This document shows, one piece after another, positions 1 through 17,829 of a DNA stretch of 64,000 nt. Numbering within the stretch: position 1 is the stretch's first letter; every line of letters begins with the position of its first letter. The notes beneath the pieces are model-generated. The model did not search any database. It was not told the DNA's origin and worked only from the letters and a program-made list of their open reading frames with translations. The translations under genes and the position numbers were made by a program. This stretch comes from Ancylonema sp. (taxonomy: Eukaryota): contig JBFLGF010000004.1 in NCBI GenBank assembly GCA_050230475.1, forward strand, positions 62,001 to 126,000. The letters run 5' to 3'.

Positions 1-682
1 CGTATCATGGAATTCAATAAAATTGGAAGCACCTCTACCAAACATCACCCTGGTTTTTTTTTCCACGCTCACAACCTCGTATTCAAACTTCTCTCCACCT
101 TACAAATACATTCATAACTTCGCACTTTCCTATTCTACATATAAACAAACGGGTAACTTTCCTATCTAAAATTTACTTACCTCATCTTGCTCAACTTGCC
201 TACAACTCCATACTTGTATGAGACGGGAAAAAAATCATTACGACTTCTACACCCATAGTTTTTGTTCTATTTTTATACTCATAATACTCTTCACTGTCTA
301 CGCCACCTTAAATAACCCCCTTATCGCACTTCCCACTCCTCACTTGTCACTCCCCAAAAATCTTTCCTCACTCCGAATAACACACTTCCAAGTACCAACT
401 TAATACAAAATTTCAGCCATTTTGTCAATTTTAAATTTCACCATCTCAATCAATGAACGGTTGCATATTAACATGCTATTTTCTTACATTTATTTATTGA
501 TTTTTGCTACTACTTCGCAAGCCACAAATGACACATGTATATCACACGTGTGGGGTACATAAAAAAAAATGAAGCTCCACGTCCTTTTTCCCCGCGGAAA
601 ATTCGCCTCGCTAAAAAACCCTAAAAGTGCCCCGGTCCGACCGCGGTCCGAAAATCCAATGTTGGCGGTACGTGCAACTGTG
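1..682. mobile_element. Right half of a non-autonomous TIR DNA transposon (same family as 35158-36284)
   Basis: 1-682 is co-linear with ~35574-36284 (cgtatcatggaatt.aataaaatt... to ...tccaatgttg.cggt). It ends in gtacgtgcaactgtg, the reverse complement of the left TIR at 35158. Confidence 0.75.
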
Positions 683-1240
683 GCTCACGCACATGTGTGT
701 TCACTACTACTTCACCCCATACGTGTGTGTGTCTTTACATCTTTATCTAAAAATGGGAAGGTTCCAAGAGAGTTGTCGCCTATAGGCTGCATTGGCCGTT
801 TGGTGTTCCTCCATAGCTGTACTTGGCTATCTACAACAACATAAAGTGAGTACAAAAGAGATTTTGAAGAAAATGTCGCTCCAGTCCGCTACCGCTACCG
901 CATTCAAAATCTCCCCACTTGCACCAAACTACATCACTCGTGATTATATTTGCTCATGTTTGTCCCACCAACCACCTTTGATGACATCAATTACCTCCCT
1001 GCGCTTTCCCCTCCACATTTGTCAAAGTTGCCTCCGCATCTCTTACATTTTCAAACCATCCCAACCGCAATGAGAGTGGAGGGTGTGGAGAAGAGGAGTA
1101 AGCAATGTGGCATAGCACGGTAAGCGAGAGCGGCTTTGAGATAAACATGCACACTCTCCACACCACTCTCTCTTTCTCGTTCACTCTTTGACTCGAGTAT
1201 TCTCGAATAATCGCATACGTCGTAAGCCTCGTCACACCAG

Positions 1241-4200
1241 CTACCCACTGAACCCTTCAGGTGGCTCCGACAGGTGGCTATTCAACACATCCACTTCCTG
1301 TTTTACTCTCCCCCCGAACTCCTGAAATAAACTCGAAATCACCTCCCAATTCACCTCTGTGTTCTGCAGAGTTTTGAAATGCTCAATGGCATCAAAGTTG
1401 TCGCCACCCCCTGCGGCCTTGAAGCGCAATGCAGTCGGCAAATCCAGATGTGCCACCTGGACGCGGGAGGACAAGGAAAAAACGAGCGTTGGTGTTATTT
1501 GTAGCACTGAAATATACTCGGGGTAGAGTCTGCGCAGTTGACCGAAAATCCGCACAGGCTGGGAAGAGAGCACAAGAGACCACAGGATGTAATTTTTGAT
1601 TTCTCTACTTCATGATTGTCACGAAACACATTCTGAATTGTTTTTATTTGGTAGGCAGCAGTTTCTCGTACCTGATTGTGCAACTGTGTTCACACAAAAT
1701 ATGATTTTTTATTGGGAGTCAGGTTTGGTACCCGACCTGATATCCGGCCAGCCACATCCGGAACGTCAACTGCCAATCCGCCAGACTGCACGGCTGGTCG
1801 GGCTCACACAGCCCCTCATCAAACCCCCCCACCATTCGGAATGCCTCTTTCCTCAACACCAGCGGACCCACTTCTGCCACAGCGGCAAAATGCATCGACA
1901 CTTTTGCCTTGGGGTCATAAAGCCTCCCCGAAACCTCCCCCTCCAGATGCACCTTCCCCAGATACCCCTCCCTCTCCTCCATTCGGGTCCCACTGGCTTC
2001 GTTGTTGAGCCCTAGAGCCCCCAGAACCGGCCAGCTGTTCAAAGCGGACAGGGTTTTAGACAACCAGTTGCAGTTATCAGGAGGCAGGTCGGAGTCTCGC
2101 AAGAAGACTAAAAAGTCTCCCTTGGCCGCTGAGCCCAGTCGGTTGAACGCCCTCATCTCCCTCAGGTGATGCGAAAAAATCGGCACCAGAAACGCGCCCT
2201 CGTCCGTCTGCTTCCACTCCTCCCACCACTCCCCAAAATCTTCCATCTGCTCCACGTTGGCGAGCAACTCGGAGGTGACACCTGGCAGCTCGCCCTCCCC
2301 CAGTATGCCACGTGTACACCTGTACAGCCTGTCCACCAGGGGCTTGATGCCCTCCGCCTTCTTCTTCCCGCACTGCAGAAGGAAGGTGAGGTTCACACGG
2401 GATTCGGGATCCAGGTCGGGATCCTTTTTCCAGAGCGCCTCGGGGGCGTCGATCCCGACTTCCGACTTGTATTCCGGGACCACGGTCGGCCAATCCACAC
2501 ACGACAGCTGTCCCATCCCCAGCCCCATCCCCTCCGCCTCCTCCCGATACTTTTTGATAACCGCATCGTGTCGCTGGGTTCAGTTGGCGTGGGGAGGGCG
2601 ATACCCGCATTCGGCCCACAGCCGGTTATCCAAATGCTGGAATCGGGCTTCTGTCGTTTTTCGGACCCCGTCCAGTTCACTCGCTTTTTCCGCCCCCTCC
2701 TGCTGCCACCTGGCCATTTCTTCCTGATTCAGAGGGCGATCTGGGGACCAGTGGCGTTGGTTGGGCAGGTAGGCCATAAGGAAGGTGTGGAGATGAGGGG
2801 AGTCTGAAAGGAGAGGGGAGGAAAGGGGACAAGGCAGTGGGAAGAAAAGTGAGACTCTCAGTCTCTGGTAAGTAAAGAATGAAATGGTGTTTTGGTGGTG
2901 CAAATCCGTCGAATTGTTAAAATCTGGTTCCCTTGTTGGGTTCTATCCCAGCCATGACTCTGTGTGAGTTCATGACAGAGCTTAAATGGAATAGTAGTCG
3001 CTGCCGCCTCCAGAGTAACGAGTGCTTTACGGAAGTATTGAATCTCATTTGTCATCGTGTGAGGTAGATTCAGTCTTCTTTTTGTTTCGTGGTCTGCCTT
3101 CTGTGGATTATAATCTGCTGATTTCATCGATTGCTTTCATATTTATTTGACAACGGACGGGCTTAAATTTAGATACTGGTTGCATGCAACAATTTTTCTT
3201 GCAAATGTATTTCTTTTCAGAGTCTGGTCAGCCCTGGTCTGTTTAATTGTCCTTCTGTTTTGTTCGTTTCGGAAGGTCCAAATCGTCTCTTGATCAGATC
3301 TGACTTTTGTGGCTGGAGCCCCGCAGCCCCTCTCACCTGGCCCCCCCTCCCTCTGCCTCTGCACCGCTTCCTCCACAGTTTTGAGGCCCAGCCCCGTGTA
3401 CCACCCACGACTGTCCTCCAAAGACTTCACTTGCTCACTCCCATGCCTTCAGTACACCATTTCACGGACGGCATGCGTCCACATCTGCCGATCTGAACCC
3501 AAGGAATTCATGAGGGGTCCAAAACAGCGCCCTACTTTCAAACTCCCACTCAAAACTATGTTGAATAAGGTCTCTGACCTTATTTGGATTCTCCTCATTT
3601 CATTGGTTTCTGAATTGATTTAATTATCAGTGATTTGATGATCACATATGTATGCGCATTTCTTTCCTTTTCAATTCGTTCTGCCCATTTTGTCTGTGTG
3701 GCTTTCTCAGGACTCCGTTGCCCTGGTTCCTCGCACGAGAAACAGGAAGTCGTTTCGTTTACAGACAGGGCCCCCCCACCTCGATTGTATTTCTTCATCC
3801 CCTCCTCCCTCTCCTCCGCCATTCGAACGCAGAGGGGCATGCGACCGAACACACTGGAAGGCAGCTCTTCGCTGACGTCAGCAGGCACTGACTCTGTGGG
3901 GGAAGGAAGGGAGGCCTCGTTTGGTGCCACAGTATCTCTGGTCGCTGTGGCATTATCGAGGAGTGCCTGTGTGGACGAATGGGTTTGCGTGGGAAGGGAG
4001 TGGGGTTAGGTATGATGTGATGTGCGGTCAGAGTGGGTGCAGCTACCTGATGCAAAATAAATAGTTTTTTTGTGTGAATCAAACCGGACTTCTTTCTGAA
4101 TTGCCAGCATTGTGGGAAAGAATCTTTGGGGCCTGAATTAGATTTGCACCGTATCGTAGGGCATAAAGAAAGTAAATGAAGGACATTTTGCGCATCTCCT

Positions 4201-5370
4201 GACAATGAAACATGAGGAAGAGTACGAACAACTACTGTGAGGAATAGCACCACCAACTGACACAGTATCTTGTCAGCAGGAGACGACACTTTCTTCAATT
4301 TATACATATTAAAAAAAGAAGAGGGGAGGGGAATGGAGGAAACAAAACATACCAAACAAAAATACAAAAAAATCAAAAAAAACAAAAAAAAACAAAAAAA
4401 GTCCGGAAATCGTATCAGCAGAGATTTCCATTTCCCCCACCTCTGCCATGAACTGCAATCGCTGCTGCGTGAGCCGCACCATGAGCCCAAGGTGGTCTGA
4501 CAGCTGTGCATGGGACGCTTCCAGGGCAGCCAGAGCCTCACGAAGCACCTCATTGGACGCCATCAGTCCATGGACAGGGTCACTAGGAAGAGGGGAGAGA
4601 GGCGACGAGAGGGGGCTGGTAGGAACAAATGGGTGGAGGGAGAGAGGGGGGGGTAAGAGGGGGATAAGGGGAAGGGGGAAGGGGGAAGGGGTCTCTTGTG
4701 GAACGAAGTTGAAGTGTGAGCAGCCAACAAGAAGGCTCTGTATGGGTATGGTCTGAAACGGGGAGTACGATTTGGATGACGGGGAGGGGAAGTAAGGTGG
4801 CATGAAATGCGTTTTCGCCGGATGAAGTATGATTGGAATCTTACTGTTTCTCAAGACTGCCTTCCCCTCCGTCTCTCCAATGGATGGCGGTGAAGAGGGT
4901 GCTGCCATGCTAAGAGGAAGGAGAGACAATAAAAAATGGAAGGAAGAGGAAAGGTATGATTTTGTTTTACTTTTTGTTTACAGCTTCAACTTGTTCTACT
5001 TGGTTCTTGTTTTTTGCTTGAGTACGATTGGGGGAGAAGGGGTCACGGAAGCATCTTGGAGGACGCAATGAATGGGACGATAATCCAGAGGCCTTCGCAA
5101 TTACAATTGCATCATGATTTCTTTCATGAGGGTGGTGGGCTACCGTGAGCAGTGAACGTGGACAGGTGGCAGTATTTCATTGGCCGTCATATCTGAAACG
5201 CTCCCTCCATGACCGAAACGAGTACCTACCAATCGCGGACCAGCTGACACGACTGCAAAGGCGAGTAGCAGCGAGGAGAGGAACCCGAGCATCGCCCACC
5301 AGGCTTGACGAGGCACGATGCAACTCTGGAATATTGTCTGGTTGGAGTATCCCCTGGTGAGGCGAGGCAT
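1241..5370 (-). CDS. Type II membrane glycosyltransferase, GT-A/GT2-like; multi-exon; one in-frame TGA at 2580-2582
   Basis: Exons by eye: 5370-5144 (N-terminal hydrophobic anchor WWAMLGFLSSLLLAFAVVSA), 4582-4441, 3966-3780, possibly one at ~3410-3338, 2803-1737, 1456-1241. GT2-like motifs AKGDFLVFLRDSD and LVLRKEAFRMVGGFDEG...ADWQLTFRMWLAGYQ|VAHL. Splice phases are compatible; middle exons are uncertain. Confidence 0.65.
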
Positions 5371-6885
5371 GGAGGGTATAGAAGCGGAAATGGGGGTGAG
5401 GGTGCGAACGTTGACCGTTGACAGATGACAGATGACCGGTGAGAGTTGAGAGGGATTGCATGTATAGATTAGAGAAGATGCCCTATAGTGAATGGTGGAA
5501 ATAGGGGTGTGGAATAGCATCAGGAGACTATGAGAGTAGTAATTCGGGGTGATGAGGGGTGCATTTTTCGCCCAATGAGATCTGCCGAATTGAGGACGTG
5601 TATTTTAGATGGGATAAGATACGATCACGGCCATTAGGTTGCCTTTATGGTTAGCAAAGCAATGCAGTATAGGGGCCGATAACATAATCTTCGGAATCCC
5701 CCTTTCAGTCCCATTGTCGACTCCTATGTGAAGGGCGGAAGGTGAGGGCTCACCCGATGCGAACCTAGCGTGGAGCCAACTGTTGTCGGTGTGTGCAGGA
5801 CACTGAATAGGCGCCCGCGAGAAATCATATCCATGACGGGGTACAATTGGTCAGTCGTGTCGCGTCCAGGGTCATGGGCGCTCGGCCAATTTTGTCATAT
5901 GGCTTCCAAGATGAAGAAAATGCGGGGATAAATGTCGGTTGCTGTGAAGAAGAATGACCTGTTCGGAAATACACTGTGGGTGGAAATGCCGTAAAACGGT
6001 TACTCAGCTGGGCCTGCCGTACGATATTACACTTGTGTGGGGTGTGCAACAAACAATGGCTGCTAAGCTAGACGTGCTTTGCTGCTCAACTCAGCCACGC
6101 AGAGAACGCATCTGCTCCCAGCCTACTGTTCCCCTGCATAACCAGTCGGGCTGACATTGCCACGTGTCTTCTCCTCCCTGTAGAACGGCTGGACGCTGGG
6201 ACCCGCAGGAAAGCGCGGGCGCTGTGGTTCCCAATCGCGGTTGGGACAGATACAAACCGAACGCGGGCGGGACCACTCCGAACTTCTACTGACGCGTTCG
6301 AGTCCGACCGGCAAAAATTGCTCTTCTTGAAGGCATTTGAGCCCAAAAGTAAAATGGGTATCGCATTTGTTTTATTTTCGATATCTATAAAGATTAAATA
6401 ACGGAAACAAGTTGTTTCCGATATTTGTTTCCGAAAGTTGTTTCAAACAACCTTCGTAACCTTCGAGATTTTCCCGGATGTTTCGGAAGCGGCGGAAATT
6501 GATACGTTCGCGTACATTTATGAGGGAAAGTGATAAAAAGCTTGCGTTTTGGCCTAAAATCTTAGGCATATAGCGGCACATTATTTAGGGCGTTAAATAC
6601 ATTAAGTACATTCTAGTCCCAAAATACATGTGTTAGAATCTCACGGTAAAACATGTCTTAGTTTTTTTGGGACCGGGAAGTAACATTGATTAATACAGGT
6701 TAGTGGTCACTAGTTACTGGTAAAATTCCATTTGGCTCCAAATTCCATCAATGTAGTTGTCAAATACACACGACCGGCTACAAGCTAACATATGTTGAGA
6801 AATTGATCAACGTTTTCCAAGTCATGAGTGGTCATTCACCAATGCTTCTTGGTTACCCAACTCAGAGGGAGCTTGTCTTCACATA

Positions 6886-7498
6886 CCGTACTGGGCACCG
6901 TAAATGATTTTTAATTAATTATTGAAACCCGAAAGTAATCATCTAATTACTAAATGGTTAGAAAAAGGATACTCAAATTCATTGATAAAACCCGTTTTAG
7001 GAATCATTTAGGGGAAATTCGGGGTCACCTGGATGTGACTCTAGATGTGATGAAACGGGTTACACGACAAAGTAGTCACGTGCAGAAGGACATATTTTGG
7101 ACGAGCGACATTTACGACGTCAAAAACTACGTACCGGGCCCTTGAGTCCCACGATATGGAAAATATTGCCGATTAGACGCGCTACACAACAAATTAAGAC
7201 CATGCATGACGACAAAATTGTGGGCAGTCGAGATATCGCGACTAGTACGAGCGCTTGCCACGTGCACTGGTGACATCAACATGTACGGTAAATATGTATG
7301 AATGACCCAGATAAAGTCAAATTATTTTATTTCTAATTCCTAAACAAGGAAATCTTTTACGCTTTTTATTCCTACAATCCGGAATCATCCCCAAAAATCA
7401 TTGATGATAACTAACGGAATCCCGGGATTGTTTTGAAAAATCATTACGAAAATAATTAATTTTGGAAAAACAGAAATCATCTAGGGTGCCAAGTACGG
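6886..7498. mobile_element. MITE, Tc1/mariner-like (TIR CCGTACTGGGCACCGTAAATGA)
   Basis: Left end ta|ccgtactgggcaccgtaaatga; right end tcatctagggtgccaagtacgg|tg. A second copy lies at 44585-44855. Confidence 0.7.
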
Positions 7499-8220
7499 TG
7501 ATCGCAAAAATCACAAACCTCATGTTCATTGTATTTTATGTAAGTTTTCACTTTTAATTCTACTTATTTTCGGTCTCCAATCTGAAAAATTATGCCACAC
7601 ACACGTGTGGATGTGTACAATTTATGTACTAAATCCTTTTCGTAGGCACTCACAACTCCGCCAGAAAATCACAAACTCAAATTTTAGTGATTCCTTGATG
7701 ATTCCTACCCGGTTCCGGAGCTCTAAAAACATTTCAAGGAATGTGGAAGCGGTTTTGTTGTTAATCCAACTATGATTCAAAATTCACCTCCCCTTTCTAT
7801 CTACAAATGTATCATTGTTTGCTATTTGCGAACCATCCCACATCAACGTGTGAACTCGGGTGACCTGGCTCAAATCTGTTTTCTTTTTCTTTGTGGCTTG
7901 ATTAGACAATGAGGAGCGCTTACGGTGTGCTACTAGCATAACGAGCGTGAAAGAAAATGATGTAAATAAAACTGCCATCACAAATTTTCCATACAACACT
8001 GGATCATATTTCAAAAGCGGTCTATCATTCTCGAGATAGCAATTCGCACCGTGAGTGGTACAATGCCTTCACACATAACATTAACAAATGAGTAGCCTTT
8101 CTTCAAGCACGACTAAACAAGCCGAACACCAGTGCTCAATCCTGACGATGAATAAATATTCGGGTGCAGTCAAGATAAGTTTCAAAACGAGGAGCACATC
8201 CGCTAGCCTTGCACGCTAGC

Positions 8221-11200
8221 TCATGCACTTGCCTCATTCAGCACCTGCGCCATAAAGGAAAACCCCCAATCGATTCATTACTGATTGCAAACAAATAAAA
8301 CAAATGTGCCGGAAGGGGTACATTGCGAATCTGTTGCCCCTCAAAACTGATGTACCCGAAACACGTTTGTGGTGACACATGTGGAGAACAAATCCGCCAC
8401 ATGGAAAACCGAAATTTGGCGACAACCATTTTTTGTCAAAGTTTTCCAAATCGCTTCATACGGCGCAGAGGTTGGTTGTGGCGATTACATGACTCATGGA
8501 GATGTAATTATGCAGCATTCGATTTTAAAGAAGTCATGACTCTCCCCTTAAGATTCACCTTCATCGTGAGCAGAACGAGCTGAGTGATTGGCACCCATTG
8601 GGGAGCAATGACAGATTTCTCAGCAGCTGCACCACCTGATGCTCCACCAGTTGCTAGTGCCCTATCAAACACAACGGCACTCTGCACATACTCACAGTGA
8701 TGCCCTCTCATCAGATATCAGGCCTCTATGTACAGGTAGTGCATGGCCCTCCACCGTTTTACTAGTCCAGGCTCTCTTTCTTTCATATCAATCATCATGC
8801 CGAAAATTTTAACAAAGAGGACTGCGTCACGTCACCGGCCTGCTCCAAAGATTGTGGCACAGGGCTGAAGAGATCTTGCCACTTGCCACTTGCCTGTTCT
8901 TCCCCCGTACGCTGCCCTTCCACGACACGCTGCATCCACATCAACGAGCACTCAGGGCAGGTTCAGGATCCCAAAATAGAGAACCCTTGACCGATAATTG
9001 TGCAACAGAACGGCAATATCGAAGCGGCAGCAGCATGCGTTTGGAGCAAACATCTGTAGCAGTTTGCAATCCTCACATGTACAATGCTGTGTAGCCAGTC
9101 ATCTTCAGATATCGTTATCCGCGAAACCTCGTCATTGCGTTGAAGCTTTTGGACGGTCAAATAAATCTGTTACAGAACACCATCCAAAATACCAAAACAG
9201 GTCACGGCCAAATCCTGGGGCCTAGTGATTCAAGGCAACCACGGTATTAGGACACAAGACATCCAGGATGTGGTAACCGCAAGCTCACAGGCCAAGCCGA
9301 TTGCGACAAGCAAACCTTTCACAAGGCATGGCTACCAATATCAAGAAATGGGCAAGTCTGGTGACGAACTTGCCGTGTCGAGCCACTGGTTGCGGTACCT
9401 ATCACATGAGCAACAACACAAATAGAAACATAACATTGGATGTCACCAGGGCAACTCAACGCTGCCTAAAAATGGCTGCAATAAATGGCTACTGCGAAAG
9501 CATCTGAAACCCAGTAGTGCGGCAATTAGTAAGTAGATTTACTGTTGACAATTATCGACTGACCGAGGACCTTGAGGACCTTCCACTTCTGTCGCGGTAC
9601 CTCTGCAGCCTCAACGGTTGCGGTACCCCACTTTTTAACCCCCTGATCATCAATGATTCTCTGACAACAGAACAGCTTCTTCCGGGTGCTTCTCAAAGTT
9701 TGTCACACAATCTAGGTAGCTGTCTGTGCGTACCTCTCTTCTGCTCCTGTTAGTCTGTAGCCCGCGCTGGTCAATCGGAACTCGTCCCGTCCGCCATACT
9801 GGGAACGAGCAGCAATGACTAACATCAGAACTTATCCAGAACGTGATGTCAAGGTGCCCAGGTTATTTGAAGCGGGCTTCAGCAGGCCCTAGTTCCCCAA
9901 CCTCATGTGCAGGGCATGTCTGGCTGTTAACATTTACCCCATTTCCGAAGGATCGGATAACTATGATATACACGCGCAATGATCTTGTATCCGACGAGGT
10001 ACAAGTCATAAGGTGCTTGACGTTAGATGCGTTAAAAGCCACGTGCCCCAGGTCTCAACTGCCATATGCAGAGACAAGCAGTCCCTGCTGTATCCTGACA
10101 GAGAGGCCTCCACTGCCGCTTTTACACAACTCTGTAAAGCGGCAGCTGCAGGTCGTCCAGCGTTTTGAATACACAGCTGCAGGGAAGACAGGGAACATGA
10201 GGCATATTTTGGCCACTGGGAAAAGAATGAATGCTCAAATAATCCGTATGATCAGTATGATCCGATGCCTAAAAATTGTTGTTTTGGGTGACATTGTTTT
10301 GGCTATTTGTGAGAAATACACAATAAATGGCCCTGCTTTTTAAGAGGCACACGATGGAAGGGTCGAAATTTGCCATGTTAGCTGAGTGCATGCACTCGCT
10401 GGACACTATGAGAAACACTAGACACCTGTGCATCTTTCCTTTCTCGCTACCTTCCATACACATGCATCCTCGGTCACCATTGCAGCTTGCCACTGCAGAT
10501 TGTGCCCACTCGTATCGTCCGCTGTGTAATGTGATGCTTTGAAAGAAATTTTCGATTTTGGAATATAATTGGTTAATATGATTGGTTAATTGAACACATT
10601 AATCGATAAATTGAATTCAATAAATTGAATTCATTGATCAAATAAAATTAGTTGCTTGAATTTCATACTTGAAGCTTATGCAATGCCGTTCCTCCCATGT
10701 GAAGCTCAAGGAGGGAAAGTGGGACTCATGATGTACCGTTGTGCAGCAGGCAAAGGGCAAAACTAGTACATCGCAGTGTGCATTCTTACCGCTCATCTGG
10801 GCACAAGTTTTACTTTATTGTTCTGACCTCAAAAAAGGCACCCTCTATCTCATTGCACAGCTCCGACAATGACATATTGCTTGTTCCTCCATCTCCGCAT
10901 ACACGAATGACCGAACTGGCGGATCTGTCTACATTAATGACCGCGTACCAATCGGCAAAATATATTCCTGCCTTTGACTTGCGCTCCGCGGCTCTGCTTC
11001 GGATCTTGCAGCTAGCTGCTCGTGTCTTTCTCCAACAGAAGAGACTTCCTGAACTTAACTCTAATTTCTTATCAAAGTGGATATGAATCAAAAAATGTTG
11101 TCTGACAGAAAATGGAAAAGCCTCCCAGGAATTTTGGGCTCCACGTTGTAGTGAAGAGGCCCTTCCTGAGTTCAATTTCCGCAGAATTTCCATTGGACAG

Positions 11201-11533
11201 ATTTGTTAAATTCACGATCAAGACAATGCTTACGCATACATATTCAGACTGTGTGATTCCTCCGTATTATAGACGAAGGAATTCGGCGCAGGACTTCAGC
11301 AGAATAAGTGTAATGTTTTAAGCTAAAGCGCTCATATACTTTCTGCGTGAAGTAAACTGTTCGCAGAGATTCAGCCTTACGTGCGCCTCTTCTCCCGCAT
11401 GGGACCTGAAAAAACACAAGGGCAGAGGACTGAGGGCAGCTTACCGATACGGCACTCCGCCGGCTCCGGGCTCAGAATGTGTTCCTAAAGACCGGAGCCC
11501 AATGGGCCCAAATCTTGTGAAGACAGGACTCAT
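8221..11533 (-). CDS. Hypothetical protein encoded by many small exons; 5' structure uncertain
   Basis: Phase-compatible exons 9746-9734, 9398-9374 and 9166-9128 give AEER-YRNQWLDT-IYLTVQKLQRNDE. Further exons give LCIQNAGRPAAAALQSCVKAAVEASLSGYS (from 10176), SAVVFDRALATGG...QWVPITQLVLLTMK (~8681-8559) and terminal VLNEASA* (8244-8221). A strong GTAAG...TTTTTCAG intron lies at 11444-11406. Confidence 0.55.
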
Positions 11534-11639
11534 TGAGCTCCTGGCTCCCCTCCCACTTCAAATGGGGTTTGGCGTTGCCGCCCGGGATCCACGCGATTTC
11601 CCTGGAAAGCAGTTCATGGGAGAAATTGCAGGGAGCATT

Positions 11640-11968
11640 CTAGGCCGTTCTTTTTGTTTGATAAACGATAGGTGGATTCGATAGCGCCAGCATGGCCAAT
11701 CATTGCCAATACCGAACAGTTCGCCACTCCTTCACGCGTGCGGTTGACTGAGCCACGACCAGTCACGTGGCAGATGGTGGAGGCCACATTTGGTTAACAA
11801 CAGGAAAACGGGCACGGGACTTGGTGACCCGAAACCTCCTGCAACGAAGTTGTTAGGATACCGCTCCTCCGAAGTACCAGTCCGAGCGTGGTGTAGAACA
11901 TCTGATTTGGGAATCTGCATTCCGCATTCTGGCCTCCACTGTCTTTAAATAAAAGTAGATCTGCAGCT
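11640..11968. promoter_or_regulatory. Putative bidirectional promoter between the hypothetical gene and PDH E2
   Basis: Short divergent intergenic region with two CCAAT (~11696, ~11706) and a G-box/ABRE-like CACGTGGC (~11764). Function inferred only. Confidence 0.35.
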
Positions 11969-16752
<4,784 letters not shown>

Positions 16753-17829
16753 AAGGGTTGCTGGATTTTATGCCTGCTGACATTGTAATCAGCACGGATC
16801 TCCCAACATGTGACGTGTATTTGTGTCACCTTTTTTGTTTGTGGGCCCACTCGTAGGTTTCCTGTGGATAGTGCAGGAGAATCCTGGAAGGCTGGGTAAA
16901 GCTTAACTGGCCTGTAGTGTCTATGACAAAAGTGTTTATTACTTCTTAAAAATAATCCTCAGTCTTTTGAAGGAACCTGAGGCGATGAATCTTCTCTTCT
17001 CCCAAGTGACCTACTGTCGCACTTGTGGTATGCATGCAACAAAATAAATTGTGGTTGTTCAACATGATACGAAAATTTATAAAGCTTGGTTTTGCCACCA
17101 GATATTGCTGACCGAGCATTCTTATGCATCTGAAGACCAAACAAAATTGAGGGAATGGTTAGATAATTGTAGGTCTGGAAGATTAGTCTCGGTCTGGAAT
17201 CTAATGTTGGTGTAATTAGCGCTATCTGGTCAAACCAAAGATGTACATTCAATGTTAAGAAACCCTGACTGCTACTAAGTACTCCGTTCTTCTTTACTAG
17301 TGCTATTGAGTATCCCGTGAAAGCACAATAGTAGCCATGTACAACAACTTAGAATATGCAAAAAGCATTTCGTTAAGGCAGGGTTATTCAATTTGGTAGG
17401 ATATAGGACAACAAAATGACTTTTAGGAAAGCATAGCTCTTGACAGCGCCAACATCTACCTCGATAGTGCCAACATCGACCTCAAGGTGTACACAACTAC
17501 ATCAAAGCAACTACCTCATACGGACCATGGATCACTCGAATTCGGGAGGCCATACTAATCTCGTCCCCATCAGTCTCTCAACTAAATTTTCTTCTCAACC
17601 TGAGACCATCACCACTTAGGGCGAAAGTGTGATAACGGCCAAACTGGGCGGAGTGCCATCTAAGTAACAAAATCCTTGCATTAATTTATTGAAGTGACAA
17701 ACTAAGGAAAATGTGACACCCACAATCATGTGAGATATCTTCGACTTGTTGAATTCGATGAGCCTCTTCTATCAGACATTTCCCAGACCGTTATCATCAT
17801 CGTATGGCAATGTTTGCAAGGGTCACACA

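Noticed and set aside
1719..1736. Apparent stop ending the glycosyltransferase ORF
   Set aside because: It lies in the intron 1736-1457; splicing gives GYQ-VAHL.
2166..2807. Plus-strand 213-aa and 156-aa ORFs, and similar antisense ORFs over POP1 and copia
   Set aside because: Shadow ORFs of GC-rich coding sequence on the opposite strand.
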